Origin: Dehalococcoidia bacterium
Lineage (GTDB): Bacteria; Chloroflexota; Dehalococcoidia; GIF9; AB-539-J10
Length of the DNA stretch: 46,150 bases
Direction of reading: 5' to 3'
NCBI GenBank assembly: GCA_003556385.1
Contig: PWRA01000012.1
Span: 1-46,150, forward strand
Position numbers and translations under genes: made by a program. Below, piece after piece: positions 1 to 8,891 of this stretch. The notes below the pieces were generated by a model that did not search any database, had not been told where the DNA came from, and saw nothing but the letters and a program-made list of their open reading frames with translations. The stretch's first letter is position 1. Every line of letters starts with the position of its first letter.

Positions 1-7
1 GAGCGTC

Positions 8-961
8 TCAGTCGGTGCCCCGAAATGAACTGTCTTCTATGCTGACAACCAGCTTCTCCGCTGACTGCGCAGACGAGGGTAGTTTGGAATAGCGCGCTGT
101 GAGGTGGATGGCGTGTTCCACAGCTTCCTTGGTCTTTGCACCGCGGAGGACCGTCGTCGGACCCGGGTAGCCGACAGCCTGAAACACCCGGTCCTGCGGT
201 TGTCTTAGTGCCAGGAGGCGATGGTTTTCCTGCTCATTCCGGCCCACGATGATATGGGCTTCCGGCAGAAAGAAATGTCTGCCTACCTTCAGTAGCTCGA
301 TGTCCTCTTCGGTCACCACCTGTTGTCGGCCGAACAGCTCTCCGAGCCGGAAGGAAATCTCCTTGTGGGTTAGCAGGCAGCCTCCCGCCGGTGTGCGATA
401 ACCATGAATGCCGAACTCGCGGGCTAACGCGAGCTGCGGCCTCCTCGTCCGACCCTGGAGCCCCAACAGATGCGCGCGATCCACCCAGCCCTCCTGCTCA
501 GGTATAGTCGGGGGCAAAAGCTTCGCCGAAAGCGGGCGCACGATAAGCCATTCTAGCCCGCATGCTCTCTCCTCGAGCTCCAATTCCGTCCGGTGCTGTG
601 TCATAGGCCTCTGCCTCAGGACGTCCCCTGTGACGAGAAAACGGGCGCCCATCTGTTGCGCCACTTGCCAGGCCTTCCGGAGCATGTAGATCCGGCAATC
701 AATGCATGGGTTCATGCCACGTCCGCGACCGTGAGAAGGATGTCTTACCATCTCTATGTAGTCTTCAGCAGCCTTCACTTCGATGAGAGCGGTGTTGAGT
801 TGACGGGCCAGATCTGCGGCATGGTCTCCCTTGCTATCAGCAAAAGGCAACAAGACGTGCACCGCTACGACCTCCACACCCTGGTCCTTGACCATCTTCA
901 GAGCAAGCGCGGAGTCGAGCCCATCCGATAGGAGCGCGACAGCTTTTATGTCGTTGCCCAT
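8..961 (-). CDS. ThiI/MnmA-like PP-loop tRNA thiolation-family protein with C-terminal NFACT-R/DUF814-like region
   Basis: ALLSDGLDS (PP-loop SGGLDS variant), NPCIDCR, QRPMTQ, PAGGCLLT, GRHF and VGRNEQEN motifs typical of this family. Confidence 0.8.
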   Translation of the reverse strand: MGNDIKAVALLSDGLDSALALKMVKDQGVEVVAVHVLLPFADSKGDHAADLARQLNTALIEVKAAEDYIEMVRHPSHGRGRGMNPCIDCRIYMLRKAWQVAQQMGARFLVTGDVLRQRPMTQHRTELELEERACGLEWLIVRPLSAKLLPPTIPEQEGWVDRAHLLGLQGRTRRPQLALAREFGIHGYRTPAGGCLLTHKEISFRLGELFGRQQVVTEEDIELLKVGRHFFLPEAHIIVGRNEQENHRLLALRQPQDRVFQAVGYPGPTTVLRGAKTKEAVEHAIHLTARYSKLPSSAQSAEKLVVSIEDSSFRGTD

Positions 962-1115
962 GTTCGCAGCCTAGCATATAATGGTTTCATTGAATAGGGC
1001 AAGCAGCTGGACCGCTGAGAGCATAGAATAGACACTCAACCAAACGAAACGGGCCTGACACGCTGCCGAGGAACAAGGGTCGCGTGATTAATATGAAGAC
1101 GAGGAGATTTGACCG

Positions 1116-1562
1116 ATGAAGCTGGTGAGTGCTTGCCTGCTGGGGATAAACTGTCGCTGGAAGGGAAATTCCAGCACAAACGACAATGTGATCAGGCTGG
1201 CGCAGCTGGAACTCCTCATTCCTGTATGTCCCGAACAACTCGGCGGTCTGTCTACCCCGCGAATCCGACAGGAGATCGAGAATGGTGACGGCGAGAGTGT
1301 TCTGGGCGGCAAGAGTCGGGTCGTAAATAGTGAGGGCAAGGATGTGACCGCACAGTTCCTCCGGGGAGCCGAGGAGACGTTGAGAATAGCCACCATGTTT
1401 GGCGTAAGGGAGTTCATCGGTAAGGCAGGCAGCCCTTCCTGTGGCTGTGGCAGCATACATGACGGCTCATTTTCAGGGAAGCAGATCCCGGGTAGCGGCG
1501 TTACCGCAGCACTGCTACACAGGAACGGAATCAGGCTTGTCTCCGAGGACACGCTTCCGTAG
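1116..1562 (+). CDS. DUF523 family protein (2-thiouracil desulfidase TudS/YbbK-like)
   Basis: VSACLLG..CRW, PVCPEQLGGL.TPR, SPSCG and GVTAALL motifs; GAGGAG RBS. Confidence 0.88.
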   Translation: MKLVSACLLGINCRWKGNSSTNDNVIRLAQLELLIPVCPEQLGGLSTPRIRQEIENGDGESVLGGKSRVVNSEGKDVTAQFLRGAEETLRIATMFGVREFIGKAGSPSCGCGSIHDGSFSGKQIPGSGVTAALLHRNGIRLVSEDTLP

Positions 1563-1615
1563 ACTGCGCGGCTTCGGGTACAGATTCAGAGAGACGGGCC
1601 CCAGGCAGTAGCCGC

Positions 1616-2089
1616 TCACCGATCATTGTGATCTTTCAGAGTTCTGGCGAAGGAAGCTGCTCGGTCTAGATCCCTCTCATCCGGTCTTCCCCTCTGTATC
1701 CCGCCAACGAGCATGGTCGCCCCGAATGTATCGAATCCCCGGCAGGAGAACTCCCCTACGATATCGAACCCCCTGCGCTCCAACCTGGCCAACAGCGGTT
1801 TGCTGAAATCATGGACGAATCGCATTCGTCTCAGTCCGCTCGTGGAGAAAACGAACGCCTTCTTTTCTCTCAACACGGGCAACCCGTCCACGAAATCTAG
1901 CAGGGTCCGGTGATGCTTACCGAAATATATCCCTGAGCCGAACCCGATCAAGTCGTACCGTCGGATCATATGTACATCCACCTCCGGCAACCGCAATGAG
2001 TCGGCCTCAAGAGCGACCGCTATCGCTTTGGCCACCTTTTCGGTATTGCCGTGATGAACCGAGACGTAGATCAGCAGAGATCTTCCCAT
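1616..2089 (-). CDS. Flavodoxin family protein
   Basis: YVSVHHGNTEKVA phosphate-binding loop, GFGSGIY, FSTSG, FSCRGFDT, GRPD; AAGGAAGGT RBS. Confidence 0.85.
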   Translation of the reverse strand: MGRSLLIYVSVHHGNTEKVAKAIAVALEADSLRLPEVDVHMIRRYDLIGFGSGIYFGKHHRTLLDFVDGLPVLREKKAFVFSTSGLRRMRFVHDFSKPLLARLERRGFDIVGEFSCRGFDTFGATMLVGGIQRGRPDERDLDRAASFARTLKDHNDR

Positions 2090-2246
2090 CCACCTTCCTT
2101 GCCTTGAACTCCGACTGGCTCACAGAACCTGTGCCTGTCCGGAACAGGAAAGGCACTGTGAACAGCCACAGATGCCGGCGCCTACCACGGCCCCCCGTCG
2201 AATAGGATGGTAAGAGATGCCTGGACTCTGCACGTTGGCGGCGAGT

Positions 2247-2969
2247 CTACCTGGTCAGAGCGCTGGCGGTGGCAAGCAGCGACGAGATGTCCAGCTTAAA
2301 CCCCGGCCCCATGCTGGTGGACAGCGATGCGCTCCGGATATACTGCCCCTTAGCACCGCTAGGCTTAGCTCTCACGATGGCCTCGACTGCCGCCGCCAGA
2401 TTCTCAAGCAACTTGTCCTTGTCAAAACTGGCCTTGCCGATAGGCAAATGGATGATGGCGGTTCTATCTAGACGGAACTCAGCCCTGCCTTTGCGGGCTT
2501 CGTCCACAACCCGGGGCAGGTCCTGAGGTTGTACCACAGTGCCGGACTTGGGGTTAGGCATCAGGCCACGTCGCCCGAGGATACGCCCGAGCTTAGCCAC
2601 TTTGGGCATCATATCGGGAGTGGCCACCGAGACATCGAATTCGAGCCAGCCATCCTCGATCTGTTTGATGAGGTCATCTGCCCCGGCATAATCAGCACCT
2701 GCCTCCTCTGCCAGCTTTATCGCTTCACCCTGAGCGAAGACGAGGACTCTCGTCTTCTTGCCGAGCCCATGAGGCAACAAGACCACGCCGCGCACCTGTT
2801 GGTCGGCGCTGCGGGGGTTCACACCCATCTTCAGATGGAGCTCCACAGTCTCATCGAAGTTGGCATAGACAGCTTCCTTAGCCAACTCAATTGCCTCTTC
2901 GGGGGAATAGGCTCTGGCTCTATCGATGAGCTTACTCGCTTCCTGGTATTTCTTACCTCGTGTCGCCAT
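2247..2969 (-). CDS. rplA: 50S ribosomal protein L1
   Basis: [44 protein letters not shown]. Confidence 0.99.
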   Translation of the reverse strand: MATRGKKYQEASKLIDRARAYSPEEAIELAKEAVYANFDETVELHLKMGVNPRSADQQVRGVVLLPHGLGKKTRVLVFAQGEAIKLAEEAGADYAGADDLIKQIEDGWLEFDVSVATPDMMPKVAKLGRILGRRGLMPNPKSGTVVQPQDLPRVVDEARKGRAEFRLDRTAIIHLPIGKASFDKDKLLENLAAAVEAIVRAKPSGAKGQYIRSASLSTSMGPGFKLDISSLLATASALTR

Positions 2970-3013
2970 CTGCTTCTACCCTCGGCTTTCCGAGCAAGGC
3001 TGCAAACCGATGC

Positions 3014-3436
3014 TCACTCAACCTCCACGCCCATGCTTTGAGCCGTGCCCGCGACAATACTCGCCGCCTTTTCAATATCCGTGGTATTAAGGTCCGGCAT
3101 CTTTGTTCGGGCGATTTCGTAGACCGCATCCTTGCTTATCTTCCCTATCTTCTGACTGCCCGCATCACCGCTCCCCTTCTCCACCCCTAAGGCACGCCGC
3201 AATAAATCGGAAACAGGAGGCATCTTGGTGAAAAAGGTGAAGGAGCGATCCTCGTATATCGTTATCTCAGCAGGGATGATATAACCCTCCTGAGAACCGG
3301 TTCGCTCATTATACTCTTTGCAGAAGCCCATAATGTTGATCCCGTACGGGCCCAGAGCAGGCCCTACGGGTGGTGCGGGGGTAGCCTTACCCGCGGATAT
3401 CTGGAGCTTGACAACTGCCTTAACCTTCTTCGCCAT
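3014..3436 (-). CDS. rplK: 50S ribosomal protein L11
   Basis: [34 protein letters not shown]. Confidence 0.99.
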   Translation of the reverse strand: MAKKVKAVVKLQISAGKATPAPPVGPALGPYGINIMGFCKEYNERTGSQEGYIIPAEITIYEDRSFTFFTKMPPVSDLLRRALGVEKGSGDAGSQKIGKISKDAVYEIARTKMPDLNTTDIEKAASIVAGTAQSMGVEVE

Positions 3437-3483
3437 TGCTAATTCTCGCTTTCACTGACCTGCGTGCCCTGGCCTGAGACAGC

Positions 3484-4008
3484 CTATAGCTTCTCCACTC
3501 CCAGCAGATCCAACTCGACTGGCGTCTCCCGGCCGAAGAGCGACAGCATAACTATGACCTTGCCCTTGTTCAGATTGACTTGCTCTACCTTGCCAATAAA
3601 GTCCAAGAAGGGCCCACTTGTTACGCGTATGCTGTCTCCCTCCTTAAAGGTCGTCTTAACCTCAGTAGGAGCCTCATCCATACGTCGCAGAATGGCGTTC
3701 GCCTCCTCTTGCGGTAAAGGGACGGGCTTGACGCCAGCGCTCACAAAGCCGGCCACGCCAGGAGTATTACGCACGATGTCCCAGCTATGCTCGTCCAGCT
3801 GCATGTTCACCATAATGTAGCCCGGAAAGGCCTTCTTAGTTATCGTGCGACGCTTGCCGGCCTTGATCTCAATCTCCTTCGCCGTCGGTATCACCACGTC
3901 GAATATCTTGTCGCCCACATCCATGTATTTGATACGTTGTTCCAGGTTCCTTCTAGCCTGCTCCTCGTGACCCGAAGAGACGTATAATAAGTACCATTCT
4001 CCATCCAT
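3484..4008 (-). CDS. nusG: Transcription termination/antitermination factor NusG
   Basis: WY..YV.SGHE, FPGYIMV, VRNTPGVAGF, KOW domain, FGRETPVEL; start moved to ATG at 4008, just after secE. Confidence 0.97.
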   Translation of the reverse strand: MDGEWYLLYVSSGHEEQARRNLEQRIKYMDVGDKIFDVVIPTAKEIEIKAGKRRTITKKAFPGYIMVNMQLDEHSWDIVRNTPGVAGFVSAGVKPVPLPQEEANAILRRMDEAPTEVKTTFKEGDSIRVTSGPFLDFIGKVEQVNLNKGKVIVMLSLFGRETPVELDLLGVEKL

Positions 4009-4015
4009 GATCCTG

Positions 4016-4249
4016 CTAACCGCCGATGATCTGCCAAAACAGTGCGGCAAAGGCCGAATCGAAAGCAAACAAGATACCCCCGACAACGGTGCACACTACG
4101 AGGACCAGCAGACTCAGTCTTAAGGCTTCTTGTCTTGTCGGCCAGTGGGCCTTGCGCAGTTCAGCCACGACCTCGGGGAAGAAAGCGAGCCTTGATTTCT
4201 TGGCCGGGGCAGACTTAGCGCCTGTACCTCTCTTGACATGACTTGTCAT
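4016..4249 (-). CDS. secE: Preprotein translocase subunit SecE
   Basis: ELRKAHWPTRQE motif followed by one TM helix; position before nusG. Confidence 0.95.
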   Translation of the reverse strand: MTSHVKRGTGAKSAPAKKSRLAFFPEVVAELRKAHWPTRQEALRLSLLVLVVCTVVGGILFAFDSAFAALFWQIIGG

Positions 4250-4251
4250 AG

Positions 4252-4422
4252 TTACTTAGCTTCTCGGTGGACGGCGTAGCTACGACAACTCGGACAATAC
4301 TTATTCAGTTCCAGTCTTTGCGGATCGTTCTTCTTGTTCTTCGTCGTCGTATAGGTTCTCCGCTGACATTGACTGCAGGCCAGGTGGATGATTATGCGTA
4401 GATCGCCTTTCTTCTTAGCCAC
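4252..4422 (-). CDS. rpmG: 50S ribosomal protein L33, Zn-binding (C+) type; not in the ORF track
   Basis: Manual translation from GTG: [56 protein letters not shown]; two CxxC motifs; tuf-rpmG-secE synteny. Confidence 0.97.
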   Translation of the reverse strand: MAKKKGDLRIIIHLACSQCQRRTYTTTKNKKNDPQRLELNKYCPSCRSYAVHREAK

Positions 4423-4458
4423 ATCTATCTACAATTCGCAGAAACTCCGGTCGACCGG

Positions 4459-5661
4459 TTACTGAACAATCTTGGTGATGACACCGGCGCCTACCGTCCT
4501 CCCGCCTTCCCTGATGGCGAAGCGCAACCCTTCCTCCATAGCGACCGGAACTGAACTCCTGATCCTCATGTGATTAAGGCTGTCACCGGGCATGGCCATC
4601 TCTACACCATCAGGTAGGATGATTTCTCCTGTAACGTCCAGCGTCCTGATATAGAACTGGGGCTTGTATCCGGTGAAGAACGGGGTATGCCTGCCTCCTT
4701 CTTCCTTGTTCAGGATATATACCTCGGCCTCAGCTTCGGTGTGAGGTTTAACCGTACCTGGTTTAGCCAGCACCTGCCCTCGCTCTATCTCCTCCCGGTC
4801 AAGACCTCGCAGAAGAACTCCGACGGCATCGCCTGCCTCTGCTTCCCCCATGGTCTTATGGAACATCTCGAGGCTGACTGCCACCGTCTTCTTGGACTCT
4901 TTCAACCCCACTATCTCCACCTCATCGCCAGCTCTGATCACACCGCGCTCTACTCTACCGGTAGGTACAGTTCCCCGCCCCTTGATGCTAAACACATCTT
5001 CTATTGGCATCAGGAAAGGCTTGTCACTTTCCCTCTGCGGTAGAGGAATGTACTCATCCACCGCATCCATCAGTTCCCTGATCCGTCCACACCAGGGACA
5101 ATCCTGATTGCCGCATGCGCACTCAAGAGCCTTAAGAGCGCTTACCCGCACCACAGGTATTTCATCGCCGGGGAATTCATACCGCTTCAACAGGTCCCTC
5201 ACCTCCATTTCCACCAGATCCAACAACTCGGGATCATCTACCATGTCTACCTTATTCAGGGCGACGATCATGCGGGGTACTTCCACCTGGCGAGCCAGAA
5301 GGATGTGCTCCCTCGTCTGAGGCATAGGACCATCATCAGCGGCGACCACAAGGATAGCTCCATCCATCTGAGCGGCCCCGGTTATCATATTCTTGATATA
5401 GTCGGCGTGACCGGGACAGTCAACATGGCAATAATGGCGTTGCTCGGTCTCATACTCTATATGCGAAATAGCAATAGTTAACCCACGCGCCTTCTCCTCA
5501 GGAGCATTGTCGATCGAGTCAAACGTCCGGTACTCTGTAAGCCCTGCCCTTGACAGTACCTGCGTAATAGCCGCAGTAAGCGTAGTCTTCCCGTGGTCAA
5601 CGTGTCCTATAGTGCCCACATTGATATGGGGTTTGACTCGTTCGTACGTTTTCTTAGCCAT
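4459..5661 (-). CDS. tuf: Elongation factor Tu
   Basis: [40 protein letters not shown]; AAGGAGG RBS. Confidence 0.99.
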   Translation of the reverse strand: MAKKTYERVKPHINVGTIGHVDHGKTTLTAAITQVLSRAGLTEYRTFDSIDNAPEEKARGLTIAISHIEYETEQRHYCHVDCPGHADYIKNMITGAAQMDGAILVVAADDGPMPQTREHILLARQVEVPRMIVALNKVDMVDDPELLDLVEMEVRDLLKRYEFPGDEIPVVRVSALKALECACGNQDCPWCGRIRELMDAVDEYIPLPQRESDKPFLMPIEDVFSIKGRGTVPTGRVERGVIRAGDEVEIVGLKESKKTVAVSLEMFHKTMGEAEAGDAVGVLLRGLDREEIERGQVLAKPGTVKPHTEAEAEVYILNKEEGGRHTPFFTGYKPQFYIRTLDVTGEIILPDGVEMAMPGDSLNHMRIRSSVPVAMEEGLRFAIREGGRTVGAGVITKIVQ

Positions 5662-5682
5662 CTTAGCCTCCTTTTATCTCAA

Positions 5683-5755
5683 AGCCCACAACCAGATTCG
5701 AACTGGTGACCCCGTTCTTACCAAGAACGTGCTCTACCTACTGAGCTATGTGGGC
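5683..5755 (-). tRNA. tRNA-Thr(GGT)
   Basis: GCCCACATAGCTCAGTAGGTAGAGC...CTTGGTAAG...GTTCGAATC...TGTGGGCT cloverleaf; CCA not encoded. Confidence 0.97.
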
Positions 5756-5768
5756 CTACTGCACACCA

Positions 5769-5856
5769 TGGTGGAGGGGGTAGGATTCGAACCCACGTAG
5801 CCCATACGGGCGGCAGATTTACAGTCTGCTCCGATTAACCACTCCGGCACCCCTCC
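5769..5856 (-). tRNA. tRNA-Tyr(GTA)
   Basis: GGAGGGGTGCCGGAGTGG...GCAGACTGTAAATCTGC, long variable arm, GTTCGAATCC, encoded CCA. Confidence 0.97.
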
Positions 5857-5892
5857 GCAGCTTAAGCTTATCATAAAATATTCAGAAAACCC

Positions 5893-5965
5893 AGCCCGAG
5901 AGGGGATTCGAACCCACCAACCTACCGATTACAAGTCGGTTGCTCTACCATTGCGCTACTCGGGC
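5893..5965 (-). tRNA. tRNA-Thr(TGT)
   Basis: GCCCGAGTAGCGCAATGGTAGAGC...ACCGACTTGTAATCGGT...GGTTCGAATCCC...CTCGGGCT. Confidence 0.97.
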
Positions 5966-5991
5966 AGCATTGGCCTAAGCCGTAGCCCAAT

Positions 5992-6020
5992 AGTATAAAT
6001 AACACCAGATTCTCTGTCAA
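5992..6020 (-). promoter_or_regulatory. sigma70-type promoter of the tRNA-tuf operon
   Basis: TTGACA-17 nt-TATACT on the minus strand, 26 nt upstream of tRNA-Thr(TGT). Confidence 0.8.
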
Positions 6021-6234
6021 CCGACAGTCAGTAGCGGCATCAGGGAAACAGGCAAACCCGGTCAGCCAGTGATTTCAGCACAAAGTCCTGCCGGCTGTCA
6101 AGCCGCACCCTGGCTGCGTCAGCGTGGTTATTACGACCCTCTGGGCCCGGGCCCAGTCGTGCACGAGGCCCGACATGGTAACACCTCGGTCGGTCGGGTT
6201 GAAAATACAGGAGATCTCCCTTAGCATGCCGCTG

Positions 6235-6263
6235 TTGCATTGCCCGCTCAACTGTGCTACATT
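6235..6263 (+). promoter_or_regulatory. Putative sigma70 promoter of rpsB
   Basis: TTGCAT-17 nt-TACATT with extended -10 TG. Confidence 0.55.
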
Positions 6264-6303
6264 AGAGGAGTTTTGCTGATCGAGACAGGATATAACGGCT
6301 GCA

Positions 6304-7176
6304 ATGGCAAATAACGTCTTACTGAAACAGTTGCTGGAAGCGGGTGCACACTTCGGCCATCATACCAGTTACTGGCATCCCAAGGCCAGGAAGTATGTTT
6401 TCACTCAGCGCAACAGCATCCACATAATCGACCTGGAGCAAACGGTCACCATGCTGGATAGGGCCTGCACCTTTGTTCAGGATCTGGCAGCCCGGGGGCA
6501 GAGTATCCTTTTTGTGGGGACCAAAAAACAGGCTCAACAGACCATAGAAGAGGAAGCCACCCGGTGCGGCATGAGCTACGTTAATCAGAGGTGGCTAGGC
6601 GGTATGCTGACGAACTTCGCGGTTATACAGGCGCGAATCGATCACCTGGTTCGTCTGGAGAACAGAAGGGACAAGGGCGAGCTTGACCTTCTACCGAAGA
6701 AAGAGCGAGTCAAGATAGAAAAGGAGATCTTCCATCTGAACACGCAGATGGGCGGGTTCAAGGAGATGACTACCCTGCCCAGTGCCCTGTTCATCGCTGA
6801 CCCCATTAAGGATAAGATTGCCTTTACCGAAGCAAGGAAACTGGGCATACCGGTTATTGCCATCGTGGATACCAACTGCAATCCGGATGGTATCGACCAC
6901 CCCATCCCCGCCAATGATGATGCAGTGAAGGCTATCAGGTTGATCTGTAGCAAGCTAGCTGACGCCATAGTTGAAGGAAAAGCAGAAGCGTTTTCTGGAG
7001 AGGCAGGGGTCGGCAAGCTGTCTGCTGAAGAAGAGCGAGGAGAGGCCATTGCGATCTTAGGTTCCTACACTTTTGGGCCGGAGGAGCCCGAGACTCCGGA
7101 GAACACAGAGGAATCAGGGGAACCTGAGGAGCGAGTAGAAGGAGACGAGCCGAAAGGAGAGACTGCATCTAGATGA
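6304..7176 (+). CDS. rpsB: 30S ribosomal protein S2
   Basis: LLEAGAHFGH, FVGTKKQ, RWLGGMLTNF, VDTNCNPD, IPANDDA; acidic C-terminal tail. Confidence 0.99.
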   Translation: MANNVLLKQLLEAGAHFGHHTSYWHPKARKYVFTQRNSIHIIDLEQTVTMLDRACTFVQDLAARGQSILFVGTKKQAQQTIEEEATRCGMSYVNQRWLGGMLTNFAVIQARIDHLVRLENRRDKGELDLLPKKERVKIEKEIFHLNTQMGGFKEMTTLPSALFIADPIKDKIAFTEARKLGIPVIAIVDTNCNPDGIDHPIPANDDAVKAIRLICSKLADAIVEGKAEAFSGEAGVGKLSAEEERGEAIAILGSYTFGPEEPETPENTEESGEPEERVEGDEPKGETASR

Positions 7177-7682
7177 AGAACTCGATTCAGGCAGTAAAGG
7201 AGTTAAGGGACAGAACCAACGCGGGTGTGCTCGAGTGCAACCGGGCGCTAGCAGAGGCAGATGGTGATGTAGAGAAGGCGATCGAGTTCTTGAGAGAGCG
7301 TGGTGCGGCGACTGCTGCGAAGAAGAGGGATGCAATCGCAACGGAAGGCGTTATCGAGGCATATATTCATCATACCAAACGCGTAGGATCGCTGGTGGAG
7401 CTAAACTGCGAGACCGATTTCGTCGCTCATACGGACGAGTTCAAAGAGCTTGCTCGCAATATAGCAATGCAGGTAGCTGCTGCATGCCCGCAGTTTGTCA
7501 CCAGTAACGACATACCCCCAGAAGCGGACATGGACCCGCAGGTGGTCTGTCTTCTCAGTCAGCCTTTCATAAAGGAACCTGAGAGGACGGTGCAAGAAGT
7601 TGTCACCGACTTGATAGCGAGAGTGGGTGAGAATATCGTAGTAAGCAGATTCGCCAGGTTCGAGCTTGGTGTTGATCGCTAA
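7173..7682 (+). CDS. tsf: Elongation factor Ts (short form)
   Basis: VKELRDRT.AG..EC, ELNCETDFVA, GENI.VSRFARF; 169 aa single-subdomain form. Confidence 0.98.
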   Translation: MKNSIQAVKELRDRTNAGVLECNRALAEADGDVEKAIEFLRERGAATAAKKRDAIATEGVIEAYIHHTKRVGSLVELNCETDFVAHTDEFKELARNIAMQVAAACPQFVTSNDIPPEADMDPQVVCLLSQPFIKEPERTVQEVVTDLIARVGENIVVSRFARFELGVDR

Positions 7683-7685
7683 TCA

Positions 7686-8243
7686 ATGGTGGATGAGTTA
7701 CTCGGCGAAGTTAACTCCAGAATGCAGAAGGCTCTGGATGGGCTGGCAAAGGAGCTGGGTGCCATCCGGGCCGGGCGTGCTGCTCCTGCCTTGCTAGACA
7801 ACGTTGTGGTGGACTACCACGGCTCGCCTGTTCCGCTTCATCAGCTTGCCACCGTCTCGGTACCCGAGGCCAATCTCATAATTGTTCAACCCTGGGATCG
7901 TTCGTCGTTGCGTGACATTGAAAGAGCGATTCAAGCAGCCAACATCGGGCTGAACCCTGCAAACGATGGTAATGTAATCCGGTTGGCCATCCCCCCGCTC
8001 AGTGAGGAACGACGTAAGGAGTTGGTTAAGCTGGTATCAAAGAGGGTGGAGGACCGGCGGATCGCCGTACGCAACATACGCAGGGATGGCATAGAAAAGC
8101 TGAGGGAGATGGAGAAGAATAAAGAGATATCGCAGGACGAACTGAAGAGCAATAGTAAGAAGATAGACCAGCTCACAGAGTCTTACGTGGAAAGTGCGGG
8201 CGAACTGGGACAGCGTAAGGAGAGCGAAATACGGGAGATATAG
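7686..8243 (+). CDS. frr: Ribosome recycling factor
   Basis: IRAGRA, QPWD, IGLNP.NDG, PPLSEERRKEL, AVRNIRRD. Confidence 0.98.
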   Translation: MVDELLGEVNSRMQKALDGLAKELGAIRAGRAAPALLDNVVVDYHGSPVPLHQLATVSVPEANLIIVQPWDRSSLRDIERAIQAANIGLNPANDGNVIRLAIPPLSEERRKELVKLVSKRVEDRRIAVRNIRRDGIEKLREMEKNKEISQDELKSNSKKIDQLTESYVESAGELGQRKESEIREI

Positions 8244-8309
8244 TCCGCCTCACCAGTATGCGTTCTGAATAGCCCGCACTGACCGCCGGGGGCGATAAGA
8301 AGGCTCACC

Positions 8310-8765
8310 ATGTTGAAAGCCGCTACTGTCTTGCTGACTGTCGTGGCACTTTTTTCTCTCGTTGTGGGGATTGTCTACGTCGTTGAGGGAACTCTGCTGC
8401 CGTACCATCAGGAGTTCATCGGCATGACCATGGATGAGATTGCCGAGTTGAATCCTGACCTGGCAACCCTGGCAGCGATTTTCATCAGAGTGGCAGGAAT
8501 ACTCTTCATTGGCGTGGGGGTGCTGTCAATAGCCGTCATTCATCTTGCCCTGAGGAAGGCTGAAGCGTGGGCATGGTGGACAATCCTCCTCGGGATGGGA
8601 GCCATAAACGGCCCGCTGGTAGCTATCACGTGGCCCGTCGGAGGTTTCCCCCGGATGTCAGCAGTGATCATGCTTACCATGTTCGTAATCGCCATTGTAC
8701 TGGCGGGCAGAGGAGTGCTCGGGCAAGCGCAGCCAGGACCAACCGCCAGCTGCAAGAGTAGCTAG
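8310..8765 (+). CDS. Hypothetical membrane protein (about 4 TM helices)
   Basis: Four hydrophobic segments with PYHQ and WAWW motifs; same strand as its neighbours. Confidence 0.7.
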   Translation: MLKAATVLLTVVALFSLVVGIVYVVEGTLLPYHQEFIGMTMDEIAELNPDLATLAAIFIRVAGILFIGVGVLSIAVIHLALRKAEAWAWWTILLGMGAINGPLVAITWPVGGFPRMSAVIMLTMFVIAIVLAGRGVLGQAQPGPTASCKSS

Positions 8766-8891
8766 ATTGCGCTTTCCGGCGTCCCGGCCGGGTTTCGCAG
8801 GCGCCCCCGAATTCGGAACTCCGGCACGGCGGGTACACCTCAGCGTACAGATCGCGCCCGTAGCTGTTCAAAAGCTGTTACAATAGATTCC

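Noticed and set aside
6048-6090. c-di-GMP-I riboswitch (GGCAAACC...CAAAG)
   Set aside because: No GNRA-capped P2 stem or receptor in the right spacing, and the gene context is implausible
7173-7682. Truncated or pseudogenised tsf
   Set aside because: Short single-subdomain EF-Ts forms are known (e.g. Thermus-type homodimers), and both termini and the TDFV motif are intact
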